64,000 nt of DNA from Hyphomonadaceae bacterium (GCA_965279205.1 OZ257144.1:2415499-2479498), one strand, 5' to 3'; positions 32,563 through 42,288 are shown, numbered from the stretch's first letter. Notes: generated by a model not told the origin, from the sequence alone. A program made the numbers and translations.

Positions 32563-35500
32563 TCACAACAACCCGCTCATATCCCGCAACAGACCCTTCA
32601 CGCCCGCCAGCCGCGCGGGCGCATCCATCCACGCCCCACTCAACACCAGCTTCATGTCCGGCCGCAGCTTCAACACGTTCGGGCGTTTCTGCACATACGC
32701 AATCAACTTGGCGCCATCCAGCGGCGCATCCGGCCGGAATCCGAGCAATGCGCCCTTCGGCCCCGCCGAAACCTTCGCGACGCCCAGCTTCTTGCAGAGG
32801 ATTTTCACCGCCGTGATTTCGAGCAGCTGCTTGGTCTCGTCCGGCAGCGGGCCAAACCGGTCGATCAGCTCCGCCGCAAACGCCTCGCGTTCTCCGTCAG
32901 TCGCGAGATCGGCCAGCCGCCGGTAGAGCGCCAGGCGCGTCGACAGGTCCTCGACATAGTGGTCCGGGATCAGCACGGCTGCGCCGACATCGATCTGCGG
33001 CGACCAGTCGTCAGCCACCTCATGCCCGTCCAACGCTTCGCCGGACCGCAGCGCCTTCACAGCGTCTTCCAGCATCTGCTGGTACAGTTCGACGCCAACC
33101 TCGCGGATGTGGCCGGACTGTTCCTCACCCAGTAGGTTGCCGCCGCCGCGCATGTCGAGATCGTGACTCGCCAGCATGAAGCCTGCGCCCAGGCTGTCGA
33201 GCGACTGCAGGACCTTCAACCGCTTTTCGGCGCCCTCGGTCAGCTTCTCGTCGTCCGGCGTCGTCAGATAGGCGTAGGCGCGCAGTTTCGCGCGGCCGAC
33301 CCGTCCCCGCAGCTGGTAAAGCTGGGCCAGGCCAAACATGTCGGCCCGGTGGATCACCAGCGTGTTGGCGCGTGGAATATCGAGACCGGACTCAACGATC
33401 GTGGTCGCAAGCAACACGTCCGCCTTGCCGTCGTAGAAGGCCGACATGGCGTCTTCCAGCTCGGTCGGCGTCATCTGGCCATGAGCGATCTGCACCTTCA
33501 CCTCGGGCACCCGCTCGCGCAGATACCGCTCGAGGAAAGGAAGGTCCGCCACGCGCGGCGCCACGAAGTAGGATTGCCCGCCGCGATAGCGTTCCCGCAG
33601 CAGGGCCTCGCGGATCGTTACAGGATCGAACTCGACGACATAGGTCCGCACCGCCAGACGATCGATCGGCGGCGTCGCGATGATCGAGAGATCACGAATT
33701 CCGGTCAGAGCCATCTGCAGCGTGCGCGGGATTGGCGTTGCCGACAGCGTCAGCACGTGCACGTCAGCCTTCAGCTCCTTCAGGCGCTCCTTGTGCTTCA
33801 CACCAAAGCGCTGCTCTTCGTCGACAACGATCATGCCCAGGCGCTTGAAGTCGATCGTCTTGGCCAGCAGAGCGTGCGTGCCGATCACAACATCGCACTC
33901 CCCATTGTTGATCTCTTCGCGCGTCTGCACCGCTTCCTTGGCGGTCACGAAGCGAGAGAGATGCCGAACCTTGATCGGCCAGCCGGCGAACCTCTCGGAG
34001 AATGTCTGGAAATGCTGGCGCGAAAGCAGCGTCGTCGGCGCGATCACCGCCACCTGCAGCCCTGTCATAGCCACCAGGAAGGTTGCCCGCAGCGCCACTT
34101 CCGTCTTGCCGAAGCCAACATCGCCGCAGATCAGGCGATCCATCGGCTTGCCGGATGTCAGATCCTTGACCACGTCCTCGATCGCCGAAAGCTGATCGTC
34201 GGTCTCCTCGTAAGGGAAGCGCGCCGCGAATTCCCGGAACACGCCTTCCGAGGAATCCATCTTCGGCGCGCGCTTCATCTCGCGCTCGGCGGCGAGCCTG
34301 ATCAGCTCGTCCGCCATGTCCATGATCTTCTTCTTGGCTCGCGCCTTGCGCGCCTGCCAACCGCCACCGCCCAGCCGATCCAGCGCGCCCTCGCCGCTCT
34401 CGGCGCCATAGCGCGAGATCAGCTCGACGTTCTCCACGGGCAGCAGGATCTTGTCGCCGCCTGCGTAGATCAACTCGAGACAGTCATGCGGCGCCTCGTT
34501 CACCGTGACCGTCTTGAGGCCTTCGTATCGTCCTACGCCGTGCTCGACGTGAACGATCAGATCGCCCGCTGACAGCGCGGCCGCTTCCGCGATCACTGCT
34601 GCCGACGACTTCCGCTTTCTGGGACGCGCCAGCTTGTCGCCCAGCATGTCCTGTTCGGAGATGATGACGAGATCGTCATCCTCGAACCCAGTCTCGACCG
34701 CGATCTCGGCCACGGACACCTGCGGCTTGGTCGCCTCCGGCCAGCTGCCGATTGATCTAGCGTTGGGAATGCCGTGGTCCGCGAGAATGCCGACCAGCCG
34801 GCTTGCCGACCCCTGGCTCCACGCCGCGATGATCACCTTCTTGCCGGACGCCTGACGTTCCCGGATGTGGCGCACGACAGCATCGAACAGGTTGGCATTC
34901 GGGTCGGCCCGCTCCAGCACGAAGCTCCGGCCCTGCTTCGCCCGCCCCAGCAGCCCGTCGGTCTTCTCGGGTGCATCGTTCGAGGTGAAGCTCACCGTCG
35001 CGCGCGCGTTCAGCTCTTCGCCCAGTTCCTTCGGGTTCAGATATAGCCGCTCGGCAGGAAGCACATGCACCGTCGTCCCGCCGGCCACGGTTGTCCGGCG
35101 AACCTCATAGTACTCCTGCGCCTGGGCGATGCGCTCGCTGGCCGCTTCGGCTGACGCCGGATCGAGCCCGATCAGCGCGTCGTCGCCGACATAGTCGAAT
35201 ACCGTCTCCAGCTTCTCGTAGAACAGCGGCAGCCACTGCTCCACGCCCTGCCGCCGGATGCGTTCACGCGCCGCTTCATAGGTTGGATCACCTCCAGGCG
35301 ACCCGAACGCCGACAGGAAATTCTTCCGCAGAAGCGACAGCGCCGCATCGGAAAAATCGATCTCACTCACTGGCGCGAGCACGATCTCTTTCAGTTCAAC
35401 GGTCGATCTCTGACTCTCTGGATCGAAATACCGCGCCGCTTCCAGTTCATCTCCGAAGAAGTCGAGCCGCACCGGCTCCGGCAAGCCCGCCGGAAAGATG

Positions 35501-36024
35501 TCGACGATCCCGCCGCGCATCGAATACTCGCCCGCCTCGCGTACGGTCGAGGCCCGGCTGTATCCGTTGATGTCGAGATAGGCGCGGATCTTGTCCTGTG
35601 GAACCGTATCGCCGACGCGCGCCACAAACGCCGCCAGTCCCATGTGCGATCTAGGCGGCACGCGCTGCACAGCCGACGACGCGGTCGTCACGACCAGCAT
35701 CGGCGCCCCGGACTTGCCCTGTGAGGAGCGCCCGGCCAGGCGCGCCAGCGCCGCACAGCGTTGCGCAGCTACGCTGGGGCTCGGGCTCACCCGGTCATAC
35801 GGCAGACAGTCCCACGCCGGCAGGTTCACCACATCCAGCAGCGGCGCAAAGAACCGCCCAGCCGCAGCCGCCATGAAGGCATGCCGGTCATCGCGTGCGA
35901 TATAGAGCGAGGTCCCGCCTCGCTTCTGCGCAGCCTCGGCCATCAGGCGCACGTCCGCTATGAACGGCGTCTCGAAGACCCGGACCGGCTTCGTCTGGCT
36001 GGCGATGGAATCCCAAACTCTCAA
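32563..36024 (-). CDS. mfd: Transcription-repair coupling factor
   Basis: 1153 aa. UvrB-homology N-terminus, CarD-like domain, SF2 helicase motifs (GDVGFGKTEVA, DEEQRFG), TRG and C-terminal domain. Confidence 0.95.
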   Translation of the reverse strand: MRVWDSIASQTKPVRVFETPFIADVRLMAEAAQKRGGTSLYIARDDRHAFMAAAAGRFFAPLLDVVNLPAWDCLPYDRVSPSPSVAAQRCAALARLAGRSSQGKSGAPMLVVTTASSAVQRVPPRSHMGLAAFVARVGDTVPQDKIRAYLDINGYSRASTVREAGEYSMRGGIVDIFPAGLPEPVRLDFFGDELEAARYFDPESQRSTVELKEIVLAPVSEIDFSDAALSLLRKNFLSAFGSPGGDPTYEAARERIRRQGVEQWLPLFYEKLETVFDYVGDDALIGLDPASAEAASERIAQAQEYYEVRRTTVAGGTTVHVLPAERLYLNPKELGEELNARATVSFTSNDAPEKTDGLLGRAKQGRSFVLERADPNANLFDAVVRHIRERQASGKKVIIAAWSQGSASRLVGILADHGIPNARSIGSWPEATKPQVSVAEIAVETGFEDDDLVIISEQDMLGDKLARPRKRKSSAAVIAEAAALSAGDLIVHVEHGVGRYEGLKTVTVNEAPHDCLELIYAGGDKILLPVENVELISRYGAESGEGALDRLGGGGWQARKARAKKKIMDMADELIRLAAEREMKRAPKMDSSEGVFREFAARFPYEETDDQLSAIEDVVKDLTSGKPMDRLICGDVGFGKTEVALRATFLVAMTGLQVAVIAPTTLLSRQHFQTFSERFAGWPIKVRHLSRFVTAKEAVQTREEINNGECDVVIGTHALLAKTIDFKRLGMIVVDEEQRFGVKHKERLKELKADVHVLTLSATPIPRTLQMALTGIRDLSIIATPPIDRLAVRTYVVEFDPVTIREALLRERYRGGQSYFVAPRVADLPFLERYLRERVPEVKVQIAHGQMTPTELEDAMSAFYDGKADVLLATTIVESGLDIPRANTLVIHRADMFGLAQLYQLRGRVGRAKLRAYAYLTTPDDEKLTEGAEKRLKVLQSLDSLGAGFMLASHDLDMRGGGNLLGEEQSGHIREVGVELYQQMLEDAVKALRSGEALDGHEVADDWSPQIDVGAAVLIPDHYVEDLSTRLALYRRLADLATDGEREAFAAELIDRFGPLPDETKQLLEITAVKILCKKLGVAKVSAGPKGALLGFRPDAPLDGAKLIAYVQKRPNVLKLRPDMKLVLSGAWMDAPARLAGVKGLLRDMSGLL

Positions 36025-36127
36025 GGCCAGACTCTCAAGGAGTGACTCGCATACTCAACCCACGCAAAATGGAATCGTTCGCCCGCCCGGACGTTCGATT
36101 GAGCGTCCAGGCTGGCCGAGGGTTCCG

Positions 36128-36394
36128 TTATGTGGGCGGGGAATAGCGGAACGACAACAGCAGGTCGAGGACTTCCGAACGCTGGCTGTCGGCGGGGCGT
36201 CCGCGCCCCATGATCCAGTCGAAAACATGCTGGTCCGGGATGTCGAGCACCACCTCGAACTGGTCGAGCTGGCGCCCGTCAAACCTTCCCAGATGGGCCT
36301 CCGTGAACTGCTGCATGTAGAGATCCAGCTCCCGGAACCCCCGCCGGGCAGCCCGGAACTGCAGCTTCCTGCGACGTGTCTCGATCTCGTTCAT
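36128..36394 (-). CDS. sdhE: FAD assembly factor SdhE (Sdh5/DUF339 family)
   Basis: 88 aa. RRKLQFRAARRGFRELDLYMQQF...DQHVFDWIMG with the RGxxE motif. Confidence 0.85.
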   Translation of the reverse strand: MNEIETRRRKLQFRAARRGFRELDLYMQQFTEAHLGRFDGRQLDQFEVVLDIPDQHVFDWIMGRGRPADSQRSEVLDLLLSFRYSPPT

Positions 36395-36518
36395 GGAAGG
36401 TCTCTACTCCGGCCCCAGCGCCGGAGAAAGTGGGGCCACAAGCAGTTAGTACCCTTGCTTTCCCCCGAGTCGCCAACCGCCTGCACGCCCGCTAATATCC
36501 CTCTGGAAGGAGTGGATT

Positions 36519-36854
36519 TTGCGTACGAAGGCCGCTGAAATTCACAAGCATGTTGGCCTCTGCATCCGCTGCCGGCGGCGCGAGTGCGGCTTGTCACAGG
36601 CCGAGCTAGGCGCCCGCGCCGGTATCCCGATCCGCGAGCTCCAGCAATACGAACTTGGTCTTGCGCCGATCTCAGCGAAATCACTCCTGGATGTCGCTCG
36701 CCAGCTGGGCGTCGACATCGGGTATTTCTTTCGTGGCTACGACTGGCCTCCCGGCGGAGAAAGCGAACAACTTCCGCTCGTCCGGCGAACGCCTGTCGCC
36801 GCGTCCACGCTCCGTGCTGCGCACAGCGCTCGCCATCGCGGGGAGCGCAACTAG
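36519..36854 (+). CDS. XRE-family helix-turn-helix transcriptional regulator
   Basis: 111 aa. TTG start 6 nt after GGAAGGAG. HTH: GLSQAELGARAGIPIRELQQYELGLAPISAKSLLDVARQLGV. Stop overlaps the luxR-type GTG (TAGTG). Confidence 0.75.
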   Translation: MRTKAAEIHKHVGLCIRCRRRECGLSQAELGARAGIPIRELQQYELGLAPISAKSLLDVARQLGVDIGYFFRGYDWPPGGESEQLPLVRRTPVAASTLRAAHSARHRGERN

Positions 36855-37609
36855 TGTCCGACGAACGCGTCCGCCTCGCCGAATCCCTACTGTCCTTTTG
36901 GCAGCTGTCCGAGAAGGCGCTATCCGAGAACGAACTCCTGCGCGCGCTGATGGCGCGGCTTGAGCCCTATGGCGTCCGCCATGTCAGCGCCGGCGTCACC
37001 ACCGATCACAAGCGTGTCTTCAAGATCGGCAACCGCTTCCATTTCGGCAAACTCAACATGGCCTGGTCGGAGGCCTATTTCGGCAAGCAGCTTTACCGGC
37101 ACGATCCAATCCTCGCGCACTCGCTCAAGGCGGAGAACTCAAACTACTGGGATCGCGCCATCGACATGACAAAGATCAACCGCGCCGGCCAGCGCGTGTT
37201 CGGCATGGCGGCTGATTGCGGCGTCCGTGATGGCTTCATCGTTCCGGCGCCGCTGTTCAACGGCGACGTGATGATTGTCGCCTTTCAGGGTGAGCGGCTC
37301 GATCGGCACCCCGACGTCGAGGCGCTCATGCGCGGTCTGGGGATGTATTACGGGATGGAGGGCCAGAGGCTCGTCATGGGCAAGCGACAACGCGCTGGCG
37401 CGCTCGCCGGCCTCAGCGCCCGCCAGATCCAGGCGCTCCACCTGGCGGCGCTCGGCCGAAAGCAGAACGAAATTGCCCGCGAAATGGGCGTCAGCCTCGC
37501 TACCGTCGAGTATCACCTCAAGATGGCGCGCGAGCGTCTTGGCGCCCGGAACACCACCGAGGCGGTGAACCTGATCCACTCGACGCCCAAGAACCTCTTC
37601 ACTTCCTAA
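36854..37609 (+). CDS. LuxR-family acyl-homoserine-lactone-responsive transcriptional regulator
   Basis: In frame within ORF 36584..37609, start set at GTG 36854 (251 aa). Autoinducer-binding signature W..Y...Y.HDP...........W (WSEAYFGKQLYRHDPILAHSLKAENSNYWD). C-terminal GerE HTH: LSARQIQALHLAALGRKQNEIAREMGVSLATVEYHLKMARERLGA. Confidence 0.85.
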   Translation: MSDERVRLAESLLSFWQLSEKALSENELLRALMARLEPYGVRHVSAGVTTDHKRVFKIGNRFHFGKLNMAWSEAYFGKQLYRHDPILAHSLKAENSNYWDRAIDMTKINRAGQRVFGMAADCGVRDGFIVPAPLFNGDVMIVAFQGERLDRHPDVEALMRGLGMYYGMEGQRLVMGKRQRAGALAGLSARQIQALHLAALGRKQNEIAREMGVSLATVEYHLKMARERLGARNTTEAVNLIHSTPKNLFTS

Positions 37610-37681
37610 GGGAAACCATAGGGGCGTCACAGCGCGCCGTTCTGGAAGCTCTCTCCGTGGTCTTGCACGGGAGGGCCTGCC

Positions 37682-38482
37682 TTGCTCAGTCATTGCGTCA
37701 CGCCCGCCAACCGCGCGCGGTACATGCATCAGCTCGAGGACATGTTCCACCAGCGCCACGACTTTTTCGTGGACAAGAAGGGTTGGGGCGAACTTCGCCA
37801 TGAAGATGGCCGCGACTGCGATGACTACGACACGGACGAAACCGTCTACCTCTTGGTCATCGGCGACATGGGCGAAGTCCTCGCCTCGGCCCGGCTGAAC
37901 CCCACCTGGGGTCGCCACCAGCTCGAGCAAGGTTCGCCCCTCAACACAACCTACGCCAACCGGCCGGTTCCTCATGGTCCCAAAGTCTGGGAATGCTCAC
38001 GCATGCTCGGCGGCGACTCGCGGCGCGGCCGCGAGCACGCGATCCAGACCTTTGCCCAGCTCATGATCGCGATCGGCGAATTCTGCCGCCGCCGCAGTGT
38101 GCTCGACATCGTCTCGGTTCTCGAGACTTCGGCCATCACCCATTTCCAGACGGCCGGCTTCCGCTGCGAACCGCTCGGCCTGCCCGTTCGCTACCAGACC
38201 GAGCGCGGCCCCTCCGACGCCATGGCGACGATCATCCGTATCGGCGGCCCCGGCAGCAGCCGCATGCGCCGCCAACTCGACCAGCCATCGCCGATCTTCT
38301 TCGAGGCGGCCTCCCTGCGGAGCGAGGCTGAACCGGCCCCTCCGCCCTTCGCGCTTTTGGAAAGCGCCTCCGAGATCAGGACCGAATCCGGCCGCCGCGT
38401 GGCGATGGAGGCCATCCACGCCATCCTGATGCAGGAAGCGGCAATGAACGACAACATTTCGATCGAGCGCATGAAAGCCTGA
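37682..38482 (+). CDS. LuxI-family acyl-homoserine-lactone synthase with about 65-aa C-terminal extension
   Basis: 266 aa. Conserved LuxI residues in order: R..FF....GW......DGRDCDDYD...YLLV...ASARLNPT...VWECSRM. The TTG start is uncertain; ATG at 37724 is possible. Confidence 0.8.
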   Translation: MLSHCVTPANRARYMHQLEDMFHQRHDFFVDKKGWGELRHEDGRDCDDYDTDETVYLLVIGDMGEVLASARLNPTWGRHQLEQGSPLNTTYANRPVPHGPKVWECSRMLGGDSRRGREHAIQTFAQLMIAIGEFCRRRSVLDIVSVLETSAITHFQTAGFRCEPLGLPVRYQTERGPSDAMATIIRIGGPGSSRMRRQLDQPSPIFFEAASLRSEAEPAPPPFALLESASEIRTESGRRVAMEAIHAILMQEAAMNDNISIERMKA

Positions 38483-38505
38483 TCGACGGAGATGGGGACG
38501 GGCCG

Positions 38506-38535
38506 CGCCTCTCTCGCCTTCGGGCGAGGGAGGCG
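38506..38535 (+). terminator. Stem-loop downstream of the luxI-type gene
   Basis: CGCCTCTCTCGCC-TTCG-GGCGAGGGAGGCG: 13-bp stem with one G-U pair and a TTCG tetraloop. Only a weak T-tract follows. Confidence 0.45.
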
Positions 38536-38594
38536 GTTCCGTATCTGAAACAGGGCCTGCCGCGACTCTTCCAAACCCGCTAGCATGTCCGGGC

Positions 38595-40676
38595 ATGCGC
38601 GATACGGTCCTTTATCCGTTCTACGCTGACATCTCCGGGCTTCCCGGCGTGGGGCCGAAAGTGCGCCCAGTCCTTGCCCGTCTGATCGGCGGGGAGACGC
38701 TGCTCGACCTGATCTTCCATCTGCCCGTCAGCTGGATCGACCGCCGCAACCGGGCCTCCATCGAAGCGCTCCAGGTCGGCGAGGTCGCCACCGTCACCGC
38801 CACGGTGGACCAGGTGACCCCCAGCCGGGGCAAATGGCCCACGCGCGTGCGACTGCGCGACGAAACGGGTTTCCTCACCCTCATCTATTTCCACGCCAAC
38901 AATCAGTGGCTCGAGCGTACCTTCAAGATCGGCGAGCAGGTGATGGTCTCCGGCACGATCGAGGATTATGAAGGCGCCCGCCAGATGAGCCATCCGGACC
39001 ATGTGGTCAATCCGGACAAGGACGACGAACTTCCGGAAGTCGAGCCCGTCTATCCGATGACGGCCAATCTCACCGCCAAGGCCCTGCGCAAGTTCATGGC
39101 AGCAGCGCTGGAGAAGGCGCCTGACCTTGAAGAGTGGATCGACCCGCACCTGATGACGCGTAACCGCTGGCCTAGCTTCCAGCAGGCCCTGCTGCGTCTT
39201 CATCAGCCGAAGGTCTACGACCCCGACGGCTTCGAAGTCGCCCGCGCCCGGCTTGCTTACGACGAGGCGCTGGCTCGCGAGATGGCGATGGGTCAGGCCC
39301 GCCTCGCTCGCGAGCGTCGTCACGCGCCTTCCATCCCCCGCGCCCTCGGCGCCGAACGCCTCATCATCGAAGCGCTGCCCTTCAAGCCGACGCGCGCCCA
39401 ACTCGACGCCTATTCCGATGTCGCGATCGACATGGGCCGGCCCGTGCCCATGCGCCGGATGATCCAGGGCGACGTTGGCTCCGGCAAAACGCTCGTCGCG
39501 GCTCTCGCCGCTGCTCAGGTTTCCGCCAATGGCGGCATCACCGCGCTCATGTCGCCCACCGAAGTCCTCGCCCGCCAGCAGGCAGAGGCCATTGGCAAGT
39601 TCCTTGCCCCCGCCGGCATCCGCGTCGCCGCGCTCACCGGTCGCGACAAGGGCGCTGCGCGCGACGCCATCCTCGCCGACGTCCGCGCCGGCAAGATCCA
39701 GGTCCTCTCCGGCACGCAGGCGCTCTACCAGTCCGATGTCGACCTTCCTGACCTCGCCCTCGTTGTTATCGACGAACAGCATCGCTTTGGCGTTGCCGAT
39801 CGCCTGAAACTCACAGCCAAGGGCGCCTCGCCGCACATGCTGGTGATGAGCGCTACGCCTATCCCCCGCACCATGGCGCTTGCTGTCCATGGCGATCTCG
39901 ACATGTCCTTCATCCGTGAGAAGCCTGCCAACCGGCAAGAAGTCGCCACCGCGGCCATTCCCGACACCCGCATCGACGAGGTGATGGCGGCCGTCGCCCG
40001 CGCCGTCGATCGCGGCGAGCGCGCCTTCTGGATCTGCCCCGCCGTGGACAGCGAGGATGCGGGCGATGCCTCCGCCGTCGCTCGCCGAGACGTGCTAGCT
40101 GACCTGATCCGTGCGCCGGTGGATCTGGTGCATGGCCGCATGCCGGCGTTGGACCGAGACCTTGCGCTCGAACGTCTCCGCTCCGGCGAAGCGCCTGTCC
40201 TCGTCGCCACCACCGTGATCGAAGTCGGCGTCGATGTGCCCGAAGCCACCATCATGGTGATCGAGCATGCCGAGAAATTCGGCCTCGCTCAGCTTCACCA
40301 GTTGCGCGGACGCGTCGGCCGTAGCGACAAGGCATCGAGCTGCATCCTGCTCTATCAGGCGCCGCTGACCGAGGCCGGCAAGGAACGCCTCGATACGCTG
40401 CGCAAATCGACCGATGGCTTCGAGATCGCCGAAGCCGACTTCAGGCTGCGGGGGCCCGGCGACCTGCTCGGCCTGCGCCAGTCCGGCCTGCCTGCTTTCC
40501 GTGTCCTCGACATCATGCAGGACACCAACCTGATCGAAACCGCCCGCACGGATTCAAAATCCATCCTCATGGCCGACCCGCGCCTCGAAGGCGCCCGAGG
40601 AACCGCCGTCCGCCGCGCCCGCGACCTCTTCGCACCGCGCATTGCCTCGATGGTGACGGAAGCAGGTGAGGAGTAG
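38595..40676 (+). CDS. recG: ATP-dependent DNA helicase RecG
   Basis: 693 aa. Wedge/OB domain plus SF2 motifs (GDVGSGKTLVA, DEQHRFG, QLHQLRGRVGR). Confidence 0.95.
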   Translation: MRDTVLYPFYADISGLPGVGPKVRPVLARLIGGETLLDLIFHLPVSWIDRRNRASIEALQVGEVATVTATVDQVTPSRGKWPTRVRLRDETGFLTLIYFHANNQWLERTFKIGEQVMVSGTIEDYEGARQMSHPDHVVNPDKDDELPEVEPVYPMTANLTAKALRKFMAAALEKAPDLEEWIDPHLMTRNRWPSFQQALLRLHQPKVYDPDGFEVARARLAYDEALAREMAMGQARLARERRHAPSIPRALGAERLIIEALPFKPTRAQLDAYSDVAIDMGRPVPMRRMIQGDVGSGKTLVAALAAAQVSANGGITALMSPTEVLARQQAEAIGKFLAPAGIRVAALTGRDKGAARDAILADVRAGKIQVLSGTQALYQSDVDLPDLALVVIDEQHRFGVADRLKLTAKGASPHMLVMSATPIPRTMALAVHGDLDMSFIREKPANRQEVATAAIPDTRIDEVMAAVARAVDRGERAFWICPAVDSEDAGDASAVARRDVLADLIRAPVDLVHGRMPALDRDLALERLRSGEAPVLVATTVIEVGVDVPEATIMVIEHAEKFGLAQLHQLRGRVGRSDKASSCILLYQAPLTEAGKERLDTLRKSTDGFEIAEADFRLRGPGDLLGLRQSGLPAFRVLDIMQDTNLIETARTDSKSILMADPRLEGARGTAVRRARDLFAPRIASMVTEAGEE

Positions 40677-40684
40677 CGGCTGCC

Positions 40685-40706
40685 GAAGGGCGCCGGCTGG
40701 CCCTTC
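40685..40706 (+). terminator. Stem-loop directly after recG
   Basis: GAAGGGC-N8-GCCCTTC followed by AGCGTTTCC. Confidence 0.4.
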
Positions 40707-40751
40707 AGCGTTTCCGGACCTATGGTCTGCCGAGGCTTCCAGGGGACGGAT

Positions 40752-41366
40752 ATGGCGGAAAAAATGGGACTTGTCGGCTGGTCGACGATCCTGGCGACGT
40801 GGGTCGGCATCGCGGGAGGCGGCTTCGGCCTTTACACCACGATCCACGACAACCAGGAGGCGGCAGCCAAGGCGCAAGCGCTCGCGGAGAAAGAGTTCGC
40901 AGCGCAAAGCGAGGCATGGGAAAAAGAGATAAGCGGGCAAAAGGCTCAGACGCTGAGGATGTTCGAGATCTTCAACGGCGGCGAGATGCTCGCCGCTCGC
41001 GAAAAGATCTACGACTACATCCAGCTTCCCGAAAATGCCGAACCGAAGCTGACCGACATTCTCATCTATTTCGATTTTTTCGATGCACTGAAGATCTGCG
41101 TCGAGAACTATCTTTGCGACCAGGACGTCGCGGTCCGCCTCTTTCAGGGCTACTCCCTCGACGCTTGGCAGCTCGAAGGCGACGTCAAGCTGATGCGCAA
41201 GGAGTTCGACATTCTCTTTGCTGACGGTGTCGAGTGGATGACGAACCTTCCAGCCGCGCCCGAAGTTTCCATTGCTGAAGCGGCAACCTCACCAGACCCG
41301 GAACCCGAGGAGGCTCCCGTAGCCGCCGCGGTTACGGCAACAGCTCCGGAAAAGCCTGCGCAATAG
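40752..41366 (+). CDS. Hypothetical single-pass membrane protein (loosely DUF4760-like)
   Basis: ORF 40722..41366, start trimmed to MAEKMGLVGW. One N-terminal TM (STILATWVGIAGGGFGLY), a coiled-coil-like stretch, a helical domain and an acidic Pro-rich tail. Confidence 0.4.
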   Translation: MAEKMGLVGWSTILATWVGIAGGGFGLYTTIHDNQEAAAKAQALAEKEFAAQSEAWEKEISGQKAQTLRMFEIFNGGEMLAAREKIYDYIQLPENAEPKLTDILIYFDFFDALKICVENYLCDQDVAVRLFQGYSLDAWQLEGDVKLMRKEFDILFADGVEWMTNLPAAPEVSIAEAATSPDPEPEEAPVAAAVTATAPEKPAQ

Positions 41367-41399
41367 CTTCAGGTCTGCTGGCAAGCCGCGAAGCCTGGC

Positions 41400-42101
41400 T
41401 CACTTCCCGATCTGATCCGGATGTCTTGCGTTCGGGTCCACCGGCGGCGGCTCGTTCAGGATGCCGAACGAGATCACCAGCTTCGCCGCTTTCTCGACCG
41501 ACATGTCGAGTTTGATGAGCCGCTCGGGGCTGACATAGACCAGCTGCCCCATCGCAGCGTTGGGCGAGGTCGGCACCAGCACGCCGATCGCATCCGGCAC
41601 GTTCTTCAGGATCTCCGGATCAGGCGTTGCATTGGTCACAAAGCCGATCACCCACAGGCCCTTGCCCGGATACTCGATCAGCACCGTCTCCTTGAAGGAA
41701 GACGCATCGTTCGATGCGAACGTCTCGATCACCTGCTTCAGCACGGCGTAGATCGATCGCACCAGCGGCACGCGCGACACGATCCGCTCGCCCGTCCGCA
41801 ACGCCCAGCGCCCGAACAGGTTGGCGGCCAGCGCGCCCAGCACTGTCAGCACCACCACCGCAACGATGATCCCGAGACCGGGTAAGCCGAACTTGAGATA
41901 GGTTTCCGGATTCCATTCGGCCGGGATCAGCGGCTTGATGTTCTGGTCGACGAAAGCAACGAAGCTCCACACCACCCAGATGGTTATGCCGATCGGCGCT
42001 GCGACCACGATCCCGGCAAAGAACCAGTTGCGCAGCGCCGTCAGCACGCCACGGCGCGACCTGCGCATCACATCCCGAGTTCTCTTACCGATAGAGGCCA
42101 T
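41400..42101 (-). CDS. DUF502-family membrane protein
   Basis: ORF 41400..42266, start trimmed to MASIGKRTRD. LRNWFFAGIVVAAPIGITIWVVWSFVAFVD... is typical of DUF502. Confidence 0.65.
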   Translation of the reverse strand: MASIGKRTRDVMRRSRRGVLTALRNWFFAGIVVAAPIGITIWVVWSFVAFVDQNIKPLIPAEWNPETYLKFGLPGLGIIVAVVVLTVLGALAANLFGRWALRTGERIVSRVPLVRSIYAVLKQVIETFASNDASSFKETVLIEYPGKGLWVIGFVTNATPDPEILKNVPDAIGVLVPTSPNAAMGQLVYVSPERLIKLDMSVEKAAKLVISFGILNEPPPVDPNARHPDQIGK

Positions 42102-42288
42102 GCGATCCTCCGCCCGTCTCGCCCGGCGGCACACGCCTTGTTGCGTGATTCCCCCGTCGCGTGTCTTCAATATGGCCCTTGGGGCCTGCGGTTTCATGCC
42201 CCGCCTCAAACCTGCCCATGTCGGCCCGTAGACCGCCCCTGTCGTTGCCGATAACGATCTGGCCAAATTCCCGGGGGCTGCGCCTTAC

